Source: Heterodontus francisci
Lineage: Eukaryota
Direction of reading: 5' to 3'
NCBI RefSeq assembly: GCF_036365525.1
Contig: NC_090404.1
Span: forward strand, 8,742,001 to 8,806,000
DNA length: 64,000 bases
The number at the start of each line of letters is the position of its first letter. Position 1 is the first letter of the stretch. The translations under genes and the position numbers were made by a program. The notes under the pieces are model-generated. The model was not told where the DNA came from, did no database searches, and saw only the letters and a list, made by a program, of their open reading frames with translations. Below are positions 23,780 through 36,439 of the stretch, in pieces.

Positions 23780-24380
23780 TTTTTAAATTCATTCATGGAA
23801 TGTGGGCGTCGCAGGCCAGGCCAGCATTTATTGCCCATCCCTAATTGCCCTTGAGAAGGTGGTGGTGAGCTGCCTTCTTGAACCGCTGCAGTCCATGTGG
23901 CGTAGGTATACCCACAGTGCTGTTAGGAAGGGAGTTCCAGGATTTTGACCCAGCGACAGTGAAGGAACGGTGATATAGTTCCAAGTCAGGATGGTGTGTG
24001 ACTTGGAGGGGAACTTGCAGGTGGTGGTGTTCCCATGCATTTTCTGCCTTTGTCCTTCTAGTTGGTAGAGATCGCGGGTTTGGAAGGTGCTGTCTAAGGA
24101 GCCTTGGTGCATTGCTGCAGTGCATCTTGTAGATTTTACTGCTGCCACTATGCGTCGGTGGTGGAGGGAGTGAATGTTTATAGATGGGGTGCCAATCAAG
24201 CGGGCTGCTTTGTCCTGGATGGGTGTCGAGCTTCTTGAGTGTTGTTGGAGTTGCACCCATCCAGGCAAGTGATCACACTCCTGACTTGTAGATAGTGGAC
24301 AGGCTTTGGGGAGTCAGGAGGTGAGTTAGTCGCCACAGGATTCCTAGCCTCTGACCCTGCTGTTGTAGCCACAGTATTTA
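23780..24380 (-). mobile_element. RTE-X/CR1-group LINE 3' fragment
   Basis: PTTLKKLDT, IHSLHHRR, SFTVAGSKSWNSLP. Confidence 0.85.
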
Positions 24381-24493
24381 TCAATGGACCATGAGCAGAA
24401 AAGAGGCAAATGGAGTTCAATTCGGAGAAGTGTGAGGTAATGCATTTATGGAAGGCTAAGAAGGCAAGGAAATACAATATTACTGGTAGAATA

Positions 24494-24615
24494 CCATATG
24501 CATTCTTAACCACCATATCTACCTGTCCTGCTACCTTCAGGGATCTAGGAGTGCCTGTCCCCAGATCTCTGAAGGTAGCAGGACAGGTAGATAAGGTGGT
24601 TAAGAATGCATATGG
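24494..24615. repeat. Fold-back inverted repeat (53-bp arms, 16-nt loop) inside CR1
   Basis: ccatatgcattcttaaccacc...agggatct / agatctct...ggtggttaagaatgcatatgg. Confidence 0.9.
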
Positions 24616-26779
24616 GATTTTTTTTTTTATTAGCTGAGGCACAGAATATAAGAGCAGGGAGTATTTGCAGCATTTTCTGTTGATGAAACATCACAGACCT
24701 GAAATGTTAACTTTGTTCCTGCCTCCACAGATGCTGTCAAATCTGCTGAGTATTTCCAGTCTTTTAAGAGTAGGGAGGCTATGCAAGACCTGAATAAAAC
24801 ACAGTTAGACCACAGCTAGAGTACTGCATACAGTTCTGGTCACCGCATTCCAGGATATGTGTGATCGCACCAGAGAGGGTGCAGAGGAGATTTATGAGGA
24901 TGTTGGCAGGACTGGAGAATTTTGACTATGATGAAAGATTGGATAGGTTGGGGTTGTTTTCTTGGGAACAGAGGAGGCTGAGGAGAGATTTAATTGAGGT
25001 GTATAAAATTATGCAGGGCCTAAACAGAGTTGATAGGAAGGACCCGTTTCCCTTAGCTGAGAGGTCAATAATCAGAGGGCATAGATTTAAAATAATTGAC
25101 AGAAGGATTAGAGGGGAGTGGAGAAATCATTTCACCCAGAGGGTGGTGGGGGTCTGGAACTCACTGTCTGAAAGGGTGGTAGAGGCAGAAACCCTCATCA
25201 CATTAAAAAAAAACACTTGGATATGCACGTGAAGTGCTGTAACCTACAGAACCACAACAGACCAAGAGCTGGAAAGTGGGAATAGGCTGGATAGCTTTTA
25301 CTTCAGCCATCACAGATATGATGAGCTGAATGGCCTCCTTCTAAGCTGTAAATTTTCTCTGTTCCTATTCTGACAGTTGGAGTTTGTTTCTACTGATATT
25401 AATAAACCCTCTACCTAGGCTGGAGGTTAATATACTGGATAGATTTGAAATAAATCAGCTTTGGTTTAAACACATTGTTGTAGATTTTTGTCTTTCCCCC
25501 CTGAGTGTTTAACATCACCTGGCTAGAGCTCAGAAAGGACAATCTGGGGGGGAGGATCATACAGCAGGATCAGAACTGCCTGGACACAGGCCTTCAGGGT
25601 AACGCTGAGAGGGACAAACGGCACTTTGGTCTTTCTCATCTCTCTTCACTGACAGCAAGGTCCCCGTGTGGGTTAATCTTGAGTTGTGTAAGAAATATGT
25701 CCCAGCTCCTGGGCACGGAACAGAAGGCTCCTTTACAACTGTGTTTAGAATCAGGAAGAACAACAGTGAATGCTGGAAATGTGCTGTCAAATCAGTGATT
25801 GGTGTAAAACTGTGATCTGTTCCTGACTGTAAGTGAAACGGCAGGTTTAGTTTCCAGAATGAAAATGGCTGGTAATTATTCTGCGAAGATTTAACATGAT
25901 GTGTGTCAGTCCTGAGTCCATCATTTTAAGACAGCTGTTAATGCATTTCAAACAAACCTGTTTAAAATAAATAGATTAAAGTCTGCATTGTAATAGCAGA
26001 TGGAGGAGTTTACAGGAGCCTGTTAACTGCTGGTACAATTATGCAACAGACATTTTTCACCAAATAAAGGAGGACCTGCAGTGTGTTTCCAGGAATTCCC
26101 AGTTTTATTGACGCATATGTGTTGGACACCAGGATAACTAAAATAAATGACTCCGAGCATTCACGAGGATGCGACAGCAACAGTTGCTCTGGGATCACTC
26201 TCCACCACTGTGAAACTCCACCACTGACCCTGCTGAAGGTTGTAGGCTCAGGGAGTTAGGCTTTAAGTCAACACCTGACTCACATCAGGATGAGTCTGAT
26301 TTCCTTCCATTCTGGTTAATGTTGTTCTTATCCATCATCAGATTCATGGACCCTGATTGGAAATGACTGGGAACATTGGTCCAGTTGTGTCTGTATGAGA
26401 CCAAGAGAGAAAGAGATGGACAGACAGAGAGAGTAAGAGATAAGCAGAGAGTGAGACAGGCAGGTGGAGTGAGAAAGACAAAGAAAGTGAAACACAGATC
26501 GAGAGAGGAAGCAACAAACTGACAGTGATAGAGTGAATTTCAAATCTTGAGATGGAAATATTTTTTGTTGGGTAGGTTTACGAAAGGATATGGAACCAAA
26601 CCGGGTAAATGTAGTTGAGATACAGAAGTCATGAGGTAACTGAATGGTGAACAGGCTGGAGGGGCTGAATGGCCTCCTCCTGCTCATGTGATCCTCTATT
26701 TTACAAGATCACTGAGACTGATTCCCTGAGGCTCCTCTTAATACCGGGGCCTTCTATTCCTGACAGTTGTGCAACACGA

Positions 26780-27510
26780 TGTTATGATCCCCGTGGAGAT
26801 CACCAAAAGAATCGAATTTACTGACTGACCCGAATAGAAAAACCAAATGGACCAGTTTTCACTTTTATAAACTTTACTTTAACACTCAAATCAAAAACAG
26901 GTAAATCACTGTCTAAAAATATGCTTAAAGATTACACACTAATCATCAGATGCAACAAAGATAGATCTCTCAGATTTACTCGGCAGTACACTCAGCAAAG
27001 ATGGCAACGAATAGTCATAAAGTTTCTCAAAACCATGAACTTCTGCAAGTGGATTTCCAACTCCTGTCCTTCAAGATGCAAACACAGATGTATTGTCTCC
27101 CCGTCGATAGCGAGCGTTGCAGTCTTCCCTGTAACATTTCAGTCTTGTTGCCGATCAATGTCCCCGGTCCTACTCACAACAGTTTTAACCACGTGGTTCC
27201 ACCTGTAACTCTAAGTCACTGAAAACTGCTGTAGCAACTCATGTTTGCCAAGGGCCAGCTCCCAGAAACAAACCTTCCCTGTTTGCAGCCTGTCTTTTGA
27301 AAAACCAACAGCTTGTCTGGAAGAACAACAGCCTGCAGCTTGCTTCCATACTGCAGACCTGGGAACTGACCATTGAATAGCTCTGGTCACATGACTCTTT
27401 CATTTAACCTGGTTCTGACTTCCCAGAATTCTGAAGCTTTGAGTTTCATTTTCCAGTAAATGACTGTCTCAAAAAAAAATCCTTTGATACCAGAGTCCTT
27501 GCACCTAACA
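26780..27510. mobile_element. LTR-like insertion
   Basis: TGTTA...TAACA termini; absent from the paralogous block; no clean TSD. Confidence 0.5.
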
Positions 27511-28491
27511 GTACATTCAACAACTCAACTGTCAGATAAAAGTCTGCACTCGAGGGTATTCAGGGTGGTCCAGACAGCACAACAACCTCCCCTTCATAGA
27601 TACACGATCCCGACTGCAAGACGATGGTGAGTCCGGGGAGAATGATGGGTAGATACAGTACGTGTTGTCATTTTAACGATAATCCTACCCTCAATAAACA
27701 AAACATTCCCTGGAGTGAAATATGAAACATGAAATTTAATTTGGAGCATATCAGATCCTGGATTGTCTTCCTCACACACGGATGTCAAGATGGCCCATGT
27801 TACCGGGACTGGTGGAGCTGGACAGGGCCTGACCCAGCATTGACAGGACAGGACTGGGAGGTGATATAAAGCTGATTCACTCACGTGTATCATTTTCATT
27901 ATTTAATTAATTTTACAATGAGGCTCAGTGGATATTTCCTGTTGGGTTATGTTTCAGCTGAAGGGAGAATAAAAGTTTTCACTTCACCAATCACATCAAT
28001 GTTCACTTTATCAGACAGCCCTGGCAAATGTCCCTGTAACAGGACACTGATGAAATTTACATTCAGAAATGTAAATGTACAAGGAGTAGAGAGTATAATT
28101 TAGATGGAGGAGGGTCTGTGATTACTAATCCATTTAAAAGGGATCCTTCAATCAAAAATCTTTTAGAACCACTGCTGTCGATTTGATGTAACTCTATGTA
28201 CTCACTGTTAATTCTCTGTAACTCTGTTACTGTGTTTCTGACTCCTAATGTAGCTGCCACAGCTTTTGCTATTATTACCATAATTGTGCTCCATAAATAT
28301 ATATACTGTGATTAGCTTCTCCAATGGCTGCTTTTTGTCTTCCTCAGTAGTAGGGGATATTTGTCCCTATTCTCCTGTAAACATTTTCCATCTTGATCCA
28401 AACTGGGTTCAATGTAAGACAGTTCGTGGAATCAGGAATCATTCACCCCTAGACCTGCACTTGCAGGTAAAACCCCAGACAGATCCTTAGT

Positions 28492-28822
28492 CTGGGCGGC
28501 GCAGTGGTTAGCACCGCAGCCTCACAGCTCCAGGGACCCGGGTTCGATTCTGGGTACTGCCTGTGTGGAGTTTGCAAGTTCTCCCTGTGTCTGCGTGGGT
28601 TTCCTCCGGGTGCTCCGGTTTCCTCCCACAAGCCAAAAGACTTGCAGGTTGGTAGGTAAATTGGCCATTATAAATTGTCACTAGTATAGGTAGGTGGTAG
28701 GGAAATATAGGGACAGGTGGGGATGTTTGGTAGGAATATGGGATTAGTATAAATGGGTGGTTGATGGTCGGCACAGACTCGGTGGGCCGAAGGGCCTGTT
28801 TCAGTGCTGTATCTCTAATCTA
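28492..28822 (+). mobile_element. tRNA-derived V-SINE (HE1-like), full length
   Basis: Empty site ccttag|taagg is visible in the paralog at ~49880. Confidence 0.92.
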
Positions 28823-29299
28823 GTAAGGATTCCTCTAGTTCCTCAACATCTATTTCGAAGGTGAGAGAGATGCTGTGGGATATACACTAAGTTCAATAGC
28901 TGAAAGTGATTAACAGACTGGGTTTTGTGTTTAATGATCCCAGGCGTGTTACCTTCCCTGGATCCCAAGGCACTCTGGAAGGTATGGGGAGCTGGGACTT
29001 GTCCAACAGAGTAACCGAAGGTAAGAGAACTGAAATAATCTAGAGTTAGAAAGGAGAAAAGGCCCAAAAATGGAGCACTTGGTCAATTAGTCTCCTCTAA
29101 GCTTGGAGATGATAAGGGCACAGCACAGTGTGCATTTGGAAAAACATTAATTAATTTGACAGATATCAGAATATTGAACTCCAGCCCAGTTATAAGGATT
29201 ATTAACATCAGCAGAAATAAACCCCAACCGTCAGAATGAACATGGTTCAGTCCTGGATGTGATTAACAGCAACAATAACAGCAGAATCCAATCCCTGCA

Positions 29300-30287
29300 G
29301 TCACTTGTGAACTCGCTGGTGTTTTGTCAGGTGGGATGAATCCCTTCCCACACACAGAGCAGGTGAATGGCCTCTCCGCAGTGTGAACTCACTGGTGCCT
29401 CAGTAGGTGAGATGACCGAGTGAACCTCTTCTCACACACTGTACAAATAAACGACCTCTCCCCATTGTGAGTGTGCTGGTGTGTCAGCAGACCATTACTG
29501 CTTTTAAAGTTCTTCCCACAGTCAGAACATTTAAATGGTCTCTGATCAGTCTGAACTTGTTGGTGCTGCTGCAGATTGAATGACCGAGTGAATCCTTTCT
29601 CACACACTAAGAAAGTGAATGGCCTCTCCCCAGTGTAACTTCGTCGACGAGTTTCCAGCTGGGATGCAGAACTGAATCCCTTCCCACAGTCCCCACATTT
29701 CCATAGTTTCTCCGTGCTGCAGGTGTCTCTGTGCTTCCCCAGTTGGATGATCAGTTGATTCCTCGTCCACACACAACACATGTACGGTTTCTCCCCATTG
29801 TGAATGGTGCAATGTTTTTTCAGGCTGTGTAACTGGTTAAAGCTCTTTTCACAGTCACCACACAGGAACAGTCGAACCCGGGTGTGTGCGTCTCGGTGCT
29901 TTTCCTATCACACTGATGTTTGAAATCATTTCCTACAGAGAGAACAGACAAACAAAGAACAAAGAAAATTACAGCACAGGAACAGGCCCTTCGGCCCTCC
30001 AAGCCTGCGCTGATCCAGATCCTCTATCTAAACCTGTCACCTATTTTCTAAGGGTCTGTATCTCTTTGCTTCCTGCCCATTCATGTATCTGTTTAGATAC
30101 ATCTTAAAAGACGCTATCGTGCCTGCGTCTACCACCTCCGCTGGCAACGCGTTCCAGGCACCCACCTTCACCTTCCACATTCAAAGGCCGATGATATTCA
30201 GGTCCTGAAGAATTGAGTGACTGTTAGATATTGACATGGTTTGGGGGGGGGGGGGGGGGGGTTTCCCATCTGCAAATCCTCCCTTTC
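29300..30287 (-). pseudogene. C2H2 ZNF pseudogene (~5 fingers) with leader
   Basis: ACG in place of the start ATG; ORF 29389-29781 ends in a premature stop; CR1 tail inserted at 29955-30166. Confidence 0.85.
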
Positions 30288-33200
30288 GAGAGTCATAGAG
30301 TTATACAGCACAGAAACAGGCCATTCAGCCCATCGTGTCCATGCTGGCCATCAAGCATCTATCTATTCTAAACCCATTTTCTAGCACTTGGCCCGTAGCC
30401 TTGTTTGCTATGGCATTTCAAGTGCTCAAATATACTTTTTAAATGTTGTGACGGTTCCTGCCTCTACCACCCTTCAGGTAGTACGTTCCAGATTCCAACC
30501 ACCCTCTGGGTGAAAAAGTTTCCTCAAATCTCCTCTAAACCTCCTGCCCCTTACCTTAAATCTATGCCCCCTGGTTATTGACACCTCTGCTAAGGGAAAA
30601 AAGTTTCTTCCTATCTACACTATCTATGCCCCTCATAATTTTGTATACCTCAATCAGGACCCCCTTAGCCTTCTCTGCTCTGAGGAAAACAACCCTGGCC
30701 TATCCAGTCTCTCTTCATAGCTGAAACGCTCCAGCCCAGGCAACATCCTGGTGAATCTCCTTTGCACCCTCTCTATTGCAATCACATCCTTCCTATAGTG
30801 TGGTGACCAGAACTGTACACAGTATTCCAGCTGTGGCCTAGCTAGCATTTTATACAGCTCCATCATAACCTCCCTGCTCTTATATTCTATGCCTCGGCTA
30901 ATAAAGGCAAGTATAATAAAGGCTAATAAAGGTGCAGTGGTTAGCACCGCAGCCTCACAGCTCCAGCGACCAGGGTTCAATTCTGGATACTGCCTGTGTG
31001 GAGTTTGCAAGTTCTCCCTGTGTCTGCGTGGGTTTCTGCTGGGTGCTCTAGTTTCCTCCCATAGCCAAAGACTTGCAGGTTGATAAATAAATTGGCCATT
31101 GTAAATTGCCCCTAGTATAGGTAGGTGGTACGAGAATGGTGGCGATGTGGTAGAGAATATGGGGTTAATGTAGGATTAGTATAAATGGGTGGTTGTTGGT
31201 CGGCACAGACTCGTTGGGCCGAAGGGCCTGTTTCAGTGCTGTATCTCTAAATAAATCCCATATGCCTTCCTAACCACCTTATCTACCTGTGCTGCTGCCT
31301 TCAGTGATCTAAGGACAAGTATACCAAGGTCCCTCTGTACTTCCTCGGGTCCTACCATCCATTGTATATTCGTTTGCCTTGTTAGTCCTCCCAAAATGCA
31401 TCATTTCACACTTCTCAGCATTAAATTCCATTTGCCACTGCTCTGTCCATCTTACCAGCCCATCTATATCGTCCTGTAATCTAAGGCTTTCCTCCTCACT
31501 ATTTACGACACCACCAATTTTCATGTCATCTGTCAACTTACTGATCATACCTCCTATATGCACATCTAAATCATTAATGTACACAACAAACAGCAAGGGT
31601 CCCAGCACCGATCTCTGCGGTACACCACTGCTCACAGGCTTCCAATCGCAAAAACAACCCTCTTCCTCCTTCCACTGAGCCAATTTTGAATCTAATTTGC
31701 CAAATTACCCGAGATCCCATGGGCTCTTACATTCTTAACTAATCTGCCATGTGGGACCTTATCAAAAGCCTTACTGCAGTCCATGTAGACTACATCAACT
31801 GCTTTACTCTCATCTGCAAACCTAGTCACCTCATTCAATCAAATTTGTTAGACATGATTTCCCCCTGACAAAGCCATGCTGACTATCCTTGATTAATCCC
31901 TACCTCTCCAAGTGGAGATTAATCCTGTCCCTCAGAATTTTTTCCAATAGTTTCCCTACCACTGATGTTAGACTCACTGGCCTGTAATTACCTGGTTTAT
32001 CCCTGCTACCCTTCTTGAATAATAGTACCACATTCGCTGTCCTCCAGTCCTCTGGTACCTCTCCTGTGGCCAGAGAGGATTTGAAAATTTGTGTCAGAGC
32101 CCCTGTAATCTCCTCCCTTTACTCATATAGCAGCCTGGGATACATCTCATCTGGGCCTGGGGATTTATCCACTTTTAAGCCCGCTAAAACCACTAAAACC
32201 TCCTCTCTTTCAATGCTAATTTGTTCAAGTATATCACAATCCCCCTCCCTGATCTTTACACCGACATTGTCCTTCTCCATAGTGAACACAGATGAAAAGT
32301 AATCATTTAAAACCTCACCTACGTCCTCCAGCTCCACACACTAATTGTCACTTTGGTCCCGAATGGGCCCTACTCTTTACTGGTTATCCTCTTGACCTTA
32401 ATATACTTATAAAACGCTTTGGGATTTTCCTTTAAGTTGCCCGTCCATGTTTTTTCATGCTGCTCTTCGCTCTCCTAATTACTTTTTTAAGTACCCCCCT
32501 ACACTTTCTATACTCCTGTAGGGCCTCTGCTGTTTGCAGCCCCCTGAATCTGCCATAAGCCTCCTTTCTTTTCCTATCGAATCCTCTCTATCCCTTGACA
32601 TCCAGTGTTCCCTGGACTTGTTGGTCCTACCCTTCACCTTTACGGGAACACGTTACATAGGAACATAGGAGTATGAGCAGGCCATTCAGCCCATCAAGCC
32701 TACTCCACCATTCAATATGATCATGGCTGATCATCCACTTCAATGCCTTTTTCCCACACTATCCCCATATCCCTCTATGTCATTGGTATTTAGAAATCTG
32801 TCAATCTCTGCTTTAAACATAATCAATGACTGAGTTTCCACAGCCCTCTGGGATAGAGAATTCCAAAGATTCACAACCCTCTGAATAAAGAAGTTCCTCC
32901 TCATCTCAGTCCGAAGTGGCTTCCCCTTATTTTGATATTGTGTCCCCTAGTTCTTGACTCCCCAACCATGGGAAACATCTTACCTGCATCTACCCTGTCT
33001 ATCCTTTTAAGTATTTTGTAGGTTTCAGGGAGATCACCTCTCATTCTTCAAAACTCTAGAGAATACAGGCCCAGTTTCCCCAATCTCTCTTCACAGGACA
33101 GTCCCATGTTGGCCCTGAACTCTCATTATTTCCTTTTTGAATGACTCCCACTGGTCTGGTGTAGACTTTCCTACAAGTAGCTGCTCCCAGTCCACTTTGG

Positions 33201-34678
33201 CCAGATCCTGTTTTATCATAGTGAAATTGGCCTTCCCCAAATTCAGTACCTCTATTTCTGGTCCATCTTTGTCCTTTTCCATAACTACCTTAAATCTGAC
33301 AGAGTTATGGTCACTATCCCCGAAATGCTCCCCCACTGACACTTCTACCACTTGTCTGGCTTCATTTCCTAGGATTGGGCCCAGTACCACCCCTTCTCTT
33401 GTCGGACTTTCTACATGCTGGCTCAAAAAGCTCTCCTGTATGCACTTTAAGAATTCCGCCCCTTTTAAGCCTTTTGCACTAAGACAATCCCAGTTGATAT
33501 TAGGGAAGTTGCAATCCCCTATTATTTTTACACCTCTCTGAGATTTGCCTACATATCTGCTCCTCTATCTCTCCCTGACTGTTTGGAGGCCTGTAGTACA
33601 CTCCCAGCCAAGTGATTTCTCCCATTTTGTTTTTAAGTTCTACCCATATGGCCTCATTTGAGGAGCCTTCTAAGATATCATCCCTCCTTACTGCAGTCAT
33701 TGAGTCCTTGATCGATAGTGCAATGCCACCTCCTCTTTTACCCCCTCCTCTGTCACGCCTGAAGATTCTATATCCTGGAATTTTGAGCTGCCAGTCCTGC
33801 CCTTCCCTCAACCATGTCTCTGTGACAGCAAAAATATCATATTCCCATGTGTTAATCAATGCCCTCATTTCATCTGTCTTACTTGTAAGACTCCTTGCAT
33901 TAAAATAGATGCACTCCAGCCTTGCATTATTGGCTTGTGCCTTAACAGGTCTATATTTGCTCTGCCTTCCAGACTAACTTAATTTCTCTTCTACATTTGG
34001 CTGTGCATCGCCCCCTAGTGTACCTCCACTCCGTATCCCATCCCCCTGCCAAATCAGCTTAACCCCCCACCCCCCCCAACAGCACTAGCAAAACCCCCAG
34101 CAAGGATGTTCATCCCATTCCGGTTCAGGTGCAACCCTTCCAACTTGTACAGGTCCCACCTTCGCCAAAAACAGACACAGTGACCCAGGAAACTAAAGCC
34201 CTCCCTCCTGCACCATCTCTTCAGCCACGCATTCATCTGCTCTATCTTCCTATTCCTATACTCACTAGCAAGTGGCACCGGGAGTAATCCAGAGATTACA
34301 ACCTTTGAGGCCCTGCTTTTTAATCTGCTACTAGCTCCCTAAATTCTTGTTGCAGGACCTCAGCCCTCTTTCTACCTATATCTTTGGTACCAATGGGAAC
34401 CATGACCTCTTGACTGTTCACCCTCCCCCTTCAGAAGGTCCTGCAGCCGCTCCATGACAACCTTGACCCTAGCACCAGGGAGGCAACATACTATTCTGGA
34501 ATCACATTTGTAGCCACAGAAATGCATATCTGTACCCCTTACAATAGAATCCCCTATCACTATAGCTCTCCCACTCTTTTCCTCCCCTCCTGTGCAGCTG
34601 AGCGACCCGTGGTGCCACAGACTTGGTTCATGCTGCATTCTTCTGAGAAGCTATCTCCCTCAACAGTATTCAAGGTGG
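30288..34678 (-). mobile_element. CR1 LINE, near full-length and degenerate (ORF1 esterase, EN, RT, tail), with nested SINE and CR1 3' piece (~32656-33105)
   Basis: VIGDSIVRG/CLPGARV, AVTETWL, SDHN, KSPGPD, GVPQ, LEYCVQFWSP; splits the ZNF exon from its acceptor at ~34680-34790. Confidence 0.92.
30931..31255 (+). mobile_element. tRNA-derived V-SINE (HE1-like)
   Basis: Same family as the other copies. Confidence 0.9.
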
Positions 34679-34802
34679 AATACCGTGTGAAAGGAGTTTA
34701 CAAAAGAGATCACTGTCAACACAGGATAGAAATTCAAAACAGATAATATTAGTTTTCGGAAATATTCTTTCCTCTCTCATTTCCCAAAGCTGTTCAGTTT
34801 GT

Positions 34803-34990
34803 CACTCACTGGTTCCTCTCTCTCTGTCCTCCCCTGAACGTGCTGACTCTGGTTAGGTTCAGTTCTACACTCACTGGTTCTCCTCTCTCTCCCTCTCTCC
34901 TCCTCTGAAGGTGCAGCCTCTGTCTGGGTTCAGTTCTGCACTCACTGGTTCCTCTCTCTCTTGCCTCCCCTGAAGGTGCTGACTCTGTCT
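34803..34990. repeat. Three ~70-bp tandem units derived from the ZNF upstream module
   Basis: ctcactggttc-ctctctctc...cctgaaggtgc(tgactc)tg...ggttcagttct repeated. Confidence 0.75.
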
Positions 34991-35129
34991 CGGTGTATGT
35001 GCTCTCTCCCCCTCCTCAAACACTCTGGCCCTCCCTATTCATTGTAATATCTGCCAGTTTTGATGATGGTCTCTCCCTGACCACTCATAATTTCTCCTTC
35101 GTATACAGACACTCCCTGATCTGTAATCA

Positions 35130-36135
35130 TACATCACAGAAGTAGGCCATTCAGTCCATCATGCCTGTGCTGGCTCTCTGAAACAGTAATCCATTTATTC
35201 CCATTTCTCTACGCTTTCCCCATAGCCTTGAAAAATTTCCACTTTGAAGTTTTTATCTAATTCTCTTTTGAAAGTTTTTTTTTTGAGCCTGCTTCCTCCA
35301 CCCTTTCAGGCAGTGCATTCCAGATCAGAAAAACTCACTGCCCAAAATCATTTCCCCCCCCAACCCCACCCCACCCCAACCCAACCCCACCCCCAGCATT
35401 TGTGGACAGTTATTTTAAAACTGTGTCCTCTGGTTACAAAGGGTTGTGAATCTTTGGAATTCTCTGCCTCAGAGAGTTGTGGATGCTCCATCATTGAATA
35501 CATTTAAGGCTGGGATAGATAGATTTTTGGTCTTGCAGGGAATCAAGGGATATTGGGAGCGGGTAGGAAAGTGGAATTGAAACCCAAGATCAGTCATGAT
35601 CGTATTGAATGGCGGAGCAGGCTTGATGGGCCATAGGGTCTACTTCTGTTCCTATTTATTGTGTGTTCTTGTGTTTTGACCGTCCAGTCAGTGGAAACAG
35701 TTTCTCCCTCTCTACTCTATTAAACCCCTCAGAATTTTGAACACCTCTATTAAACCTCCCATTAACCTTCTCTGCTCTCAGGAGAACAATCCCAGTTTCT
35801 CCAGAGAATTGAAACCCCTCATCCCTGTTATCATTCTAGTAAACCTCCTCTGCACCGTCTCTAAGGCCTTGATGTCCTTTCTAAAGCCTGGTGCCTGGAA
35901 CTAGACGCATGACTCGAGCTGAGATCTAATTTAGAAAGGTTCACTATAACCTCCTTGCCTTTGTTCTCTCTGCCTCTATTTATAAAGACAAGGATTGGGT
36001 CTGTTTTTAAACAGCCTGTAACCTTCAAAGATTTGTGGACAAACACCTCCAGGTCTCTCTGATCCCACTGTCCATTTAAAATTGTTCCATTTAGTTTATT
36101 TTTCCTCTCCTCAATCTTCCTTCCAAAGTACATAT
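35130..36135. mobile_element. Old CR1 3' fragment (-) with nested CR1 tail (+, ~35440-35670)
   Basis: MYFGRK...QRDLEVFVHKSLKV; tggaattctctgcctcagaga; CR1 tails. Confidence 0.7.
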
Positions 36136-36149
36136 TGGTTTTATTAACC

Positions 36150-36420
36150 CAGCTGCTCGAACCAGCGCTCTCTGTCTCAGCCCCCGCTGGCCGCGCATGC
36201 TCACCTTACACCGTTCGCCCGGGTGATTGACGGCAGCTCCAAACCAATAGAAAGGGACCCGGAGGGCGTTGAGTCCTCCAACCAGAGGGAGAGATGGTGG
36301 GGCTCGTGGCACCAAATGGGCGGGACCCTCACCGTTTCTCCAACCCCGCCCCTTTTCCTATTGGCCCGAAGCTGCTGTCAATCACGGGGGGCATGGTGAG
36401 CTGTCAGAGAGAAAGCAGCA
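36150..36420. promoter_or_regulatory. CpG/CCAAT/GC-box promoter-like segment
   Basis: gcgcatgc (NRF1-like), CCAAT at ~36244, ATTGG at ~36360, gggcggga, ccccgcccc. Confidence 0.55.
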
Positions 36421-36439
36421 ATGATTTTCAATAGCAGTT

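Larger units (their letters stand above)
22622..25368 (+). mobile_element. CR1 RT-3' fragment inserted in the ZNF 3' trailer, with nested LTR, LINE and Penelope pieces
   Basis: KFADDTK ~22740, MEFNSEKCEVMH, RVQRRF, QRVVGVWNSL; trailer resumes at ~25369; equivalent insertion at 50810-51445. Confidence 0.85.
26260..28855 (+). repeat. Duplicated non-TE block 'X', copy 1, with exon-like segments
   Basis: Same-orientation paralog at 48270-49912. Confidence 0.8.

Noticed and set aside
27950-28330. Minus-strand fragments resembling a viral SF3/AAA helicase (IYIYG...IIAKAVAATLG, LVITD, KVNIDV)
   Set aside because: Needs several frameshifts, lacks a GKT/S motif, is AT-rich intron-like sequence and is deleted in the paralog; likely chance
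28492-28560. tRNA-like sequences (also at the other SINE heads and 54727-54765)
   Set aside because: They are SINE heads joined to a V-domain or LINE tail; no complete cloverleaf or Pol III terminator
34803-34990. CRISPR-like repeat-spacer array
   Set aside because: Whole units repeat with no unique spacers; eukaryotic context with no cas genes
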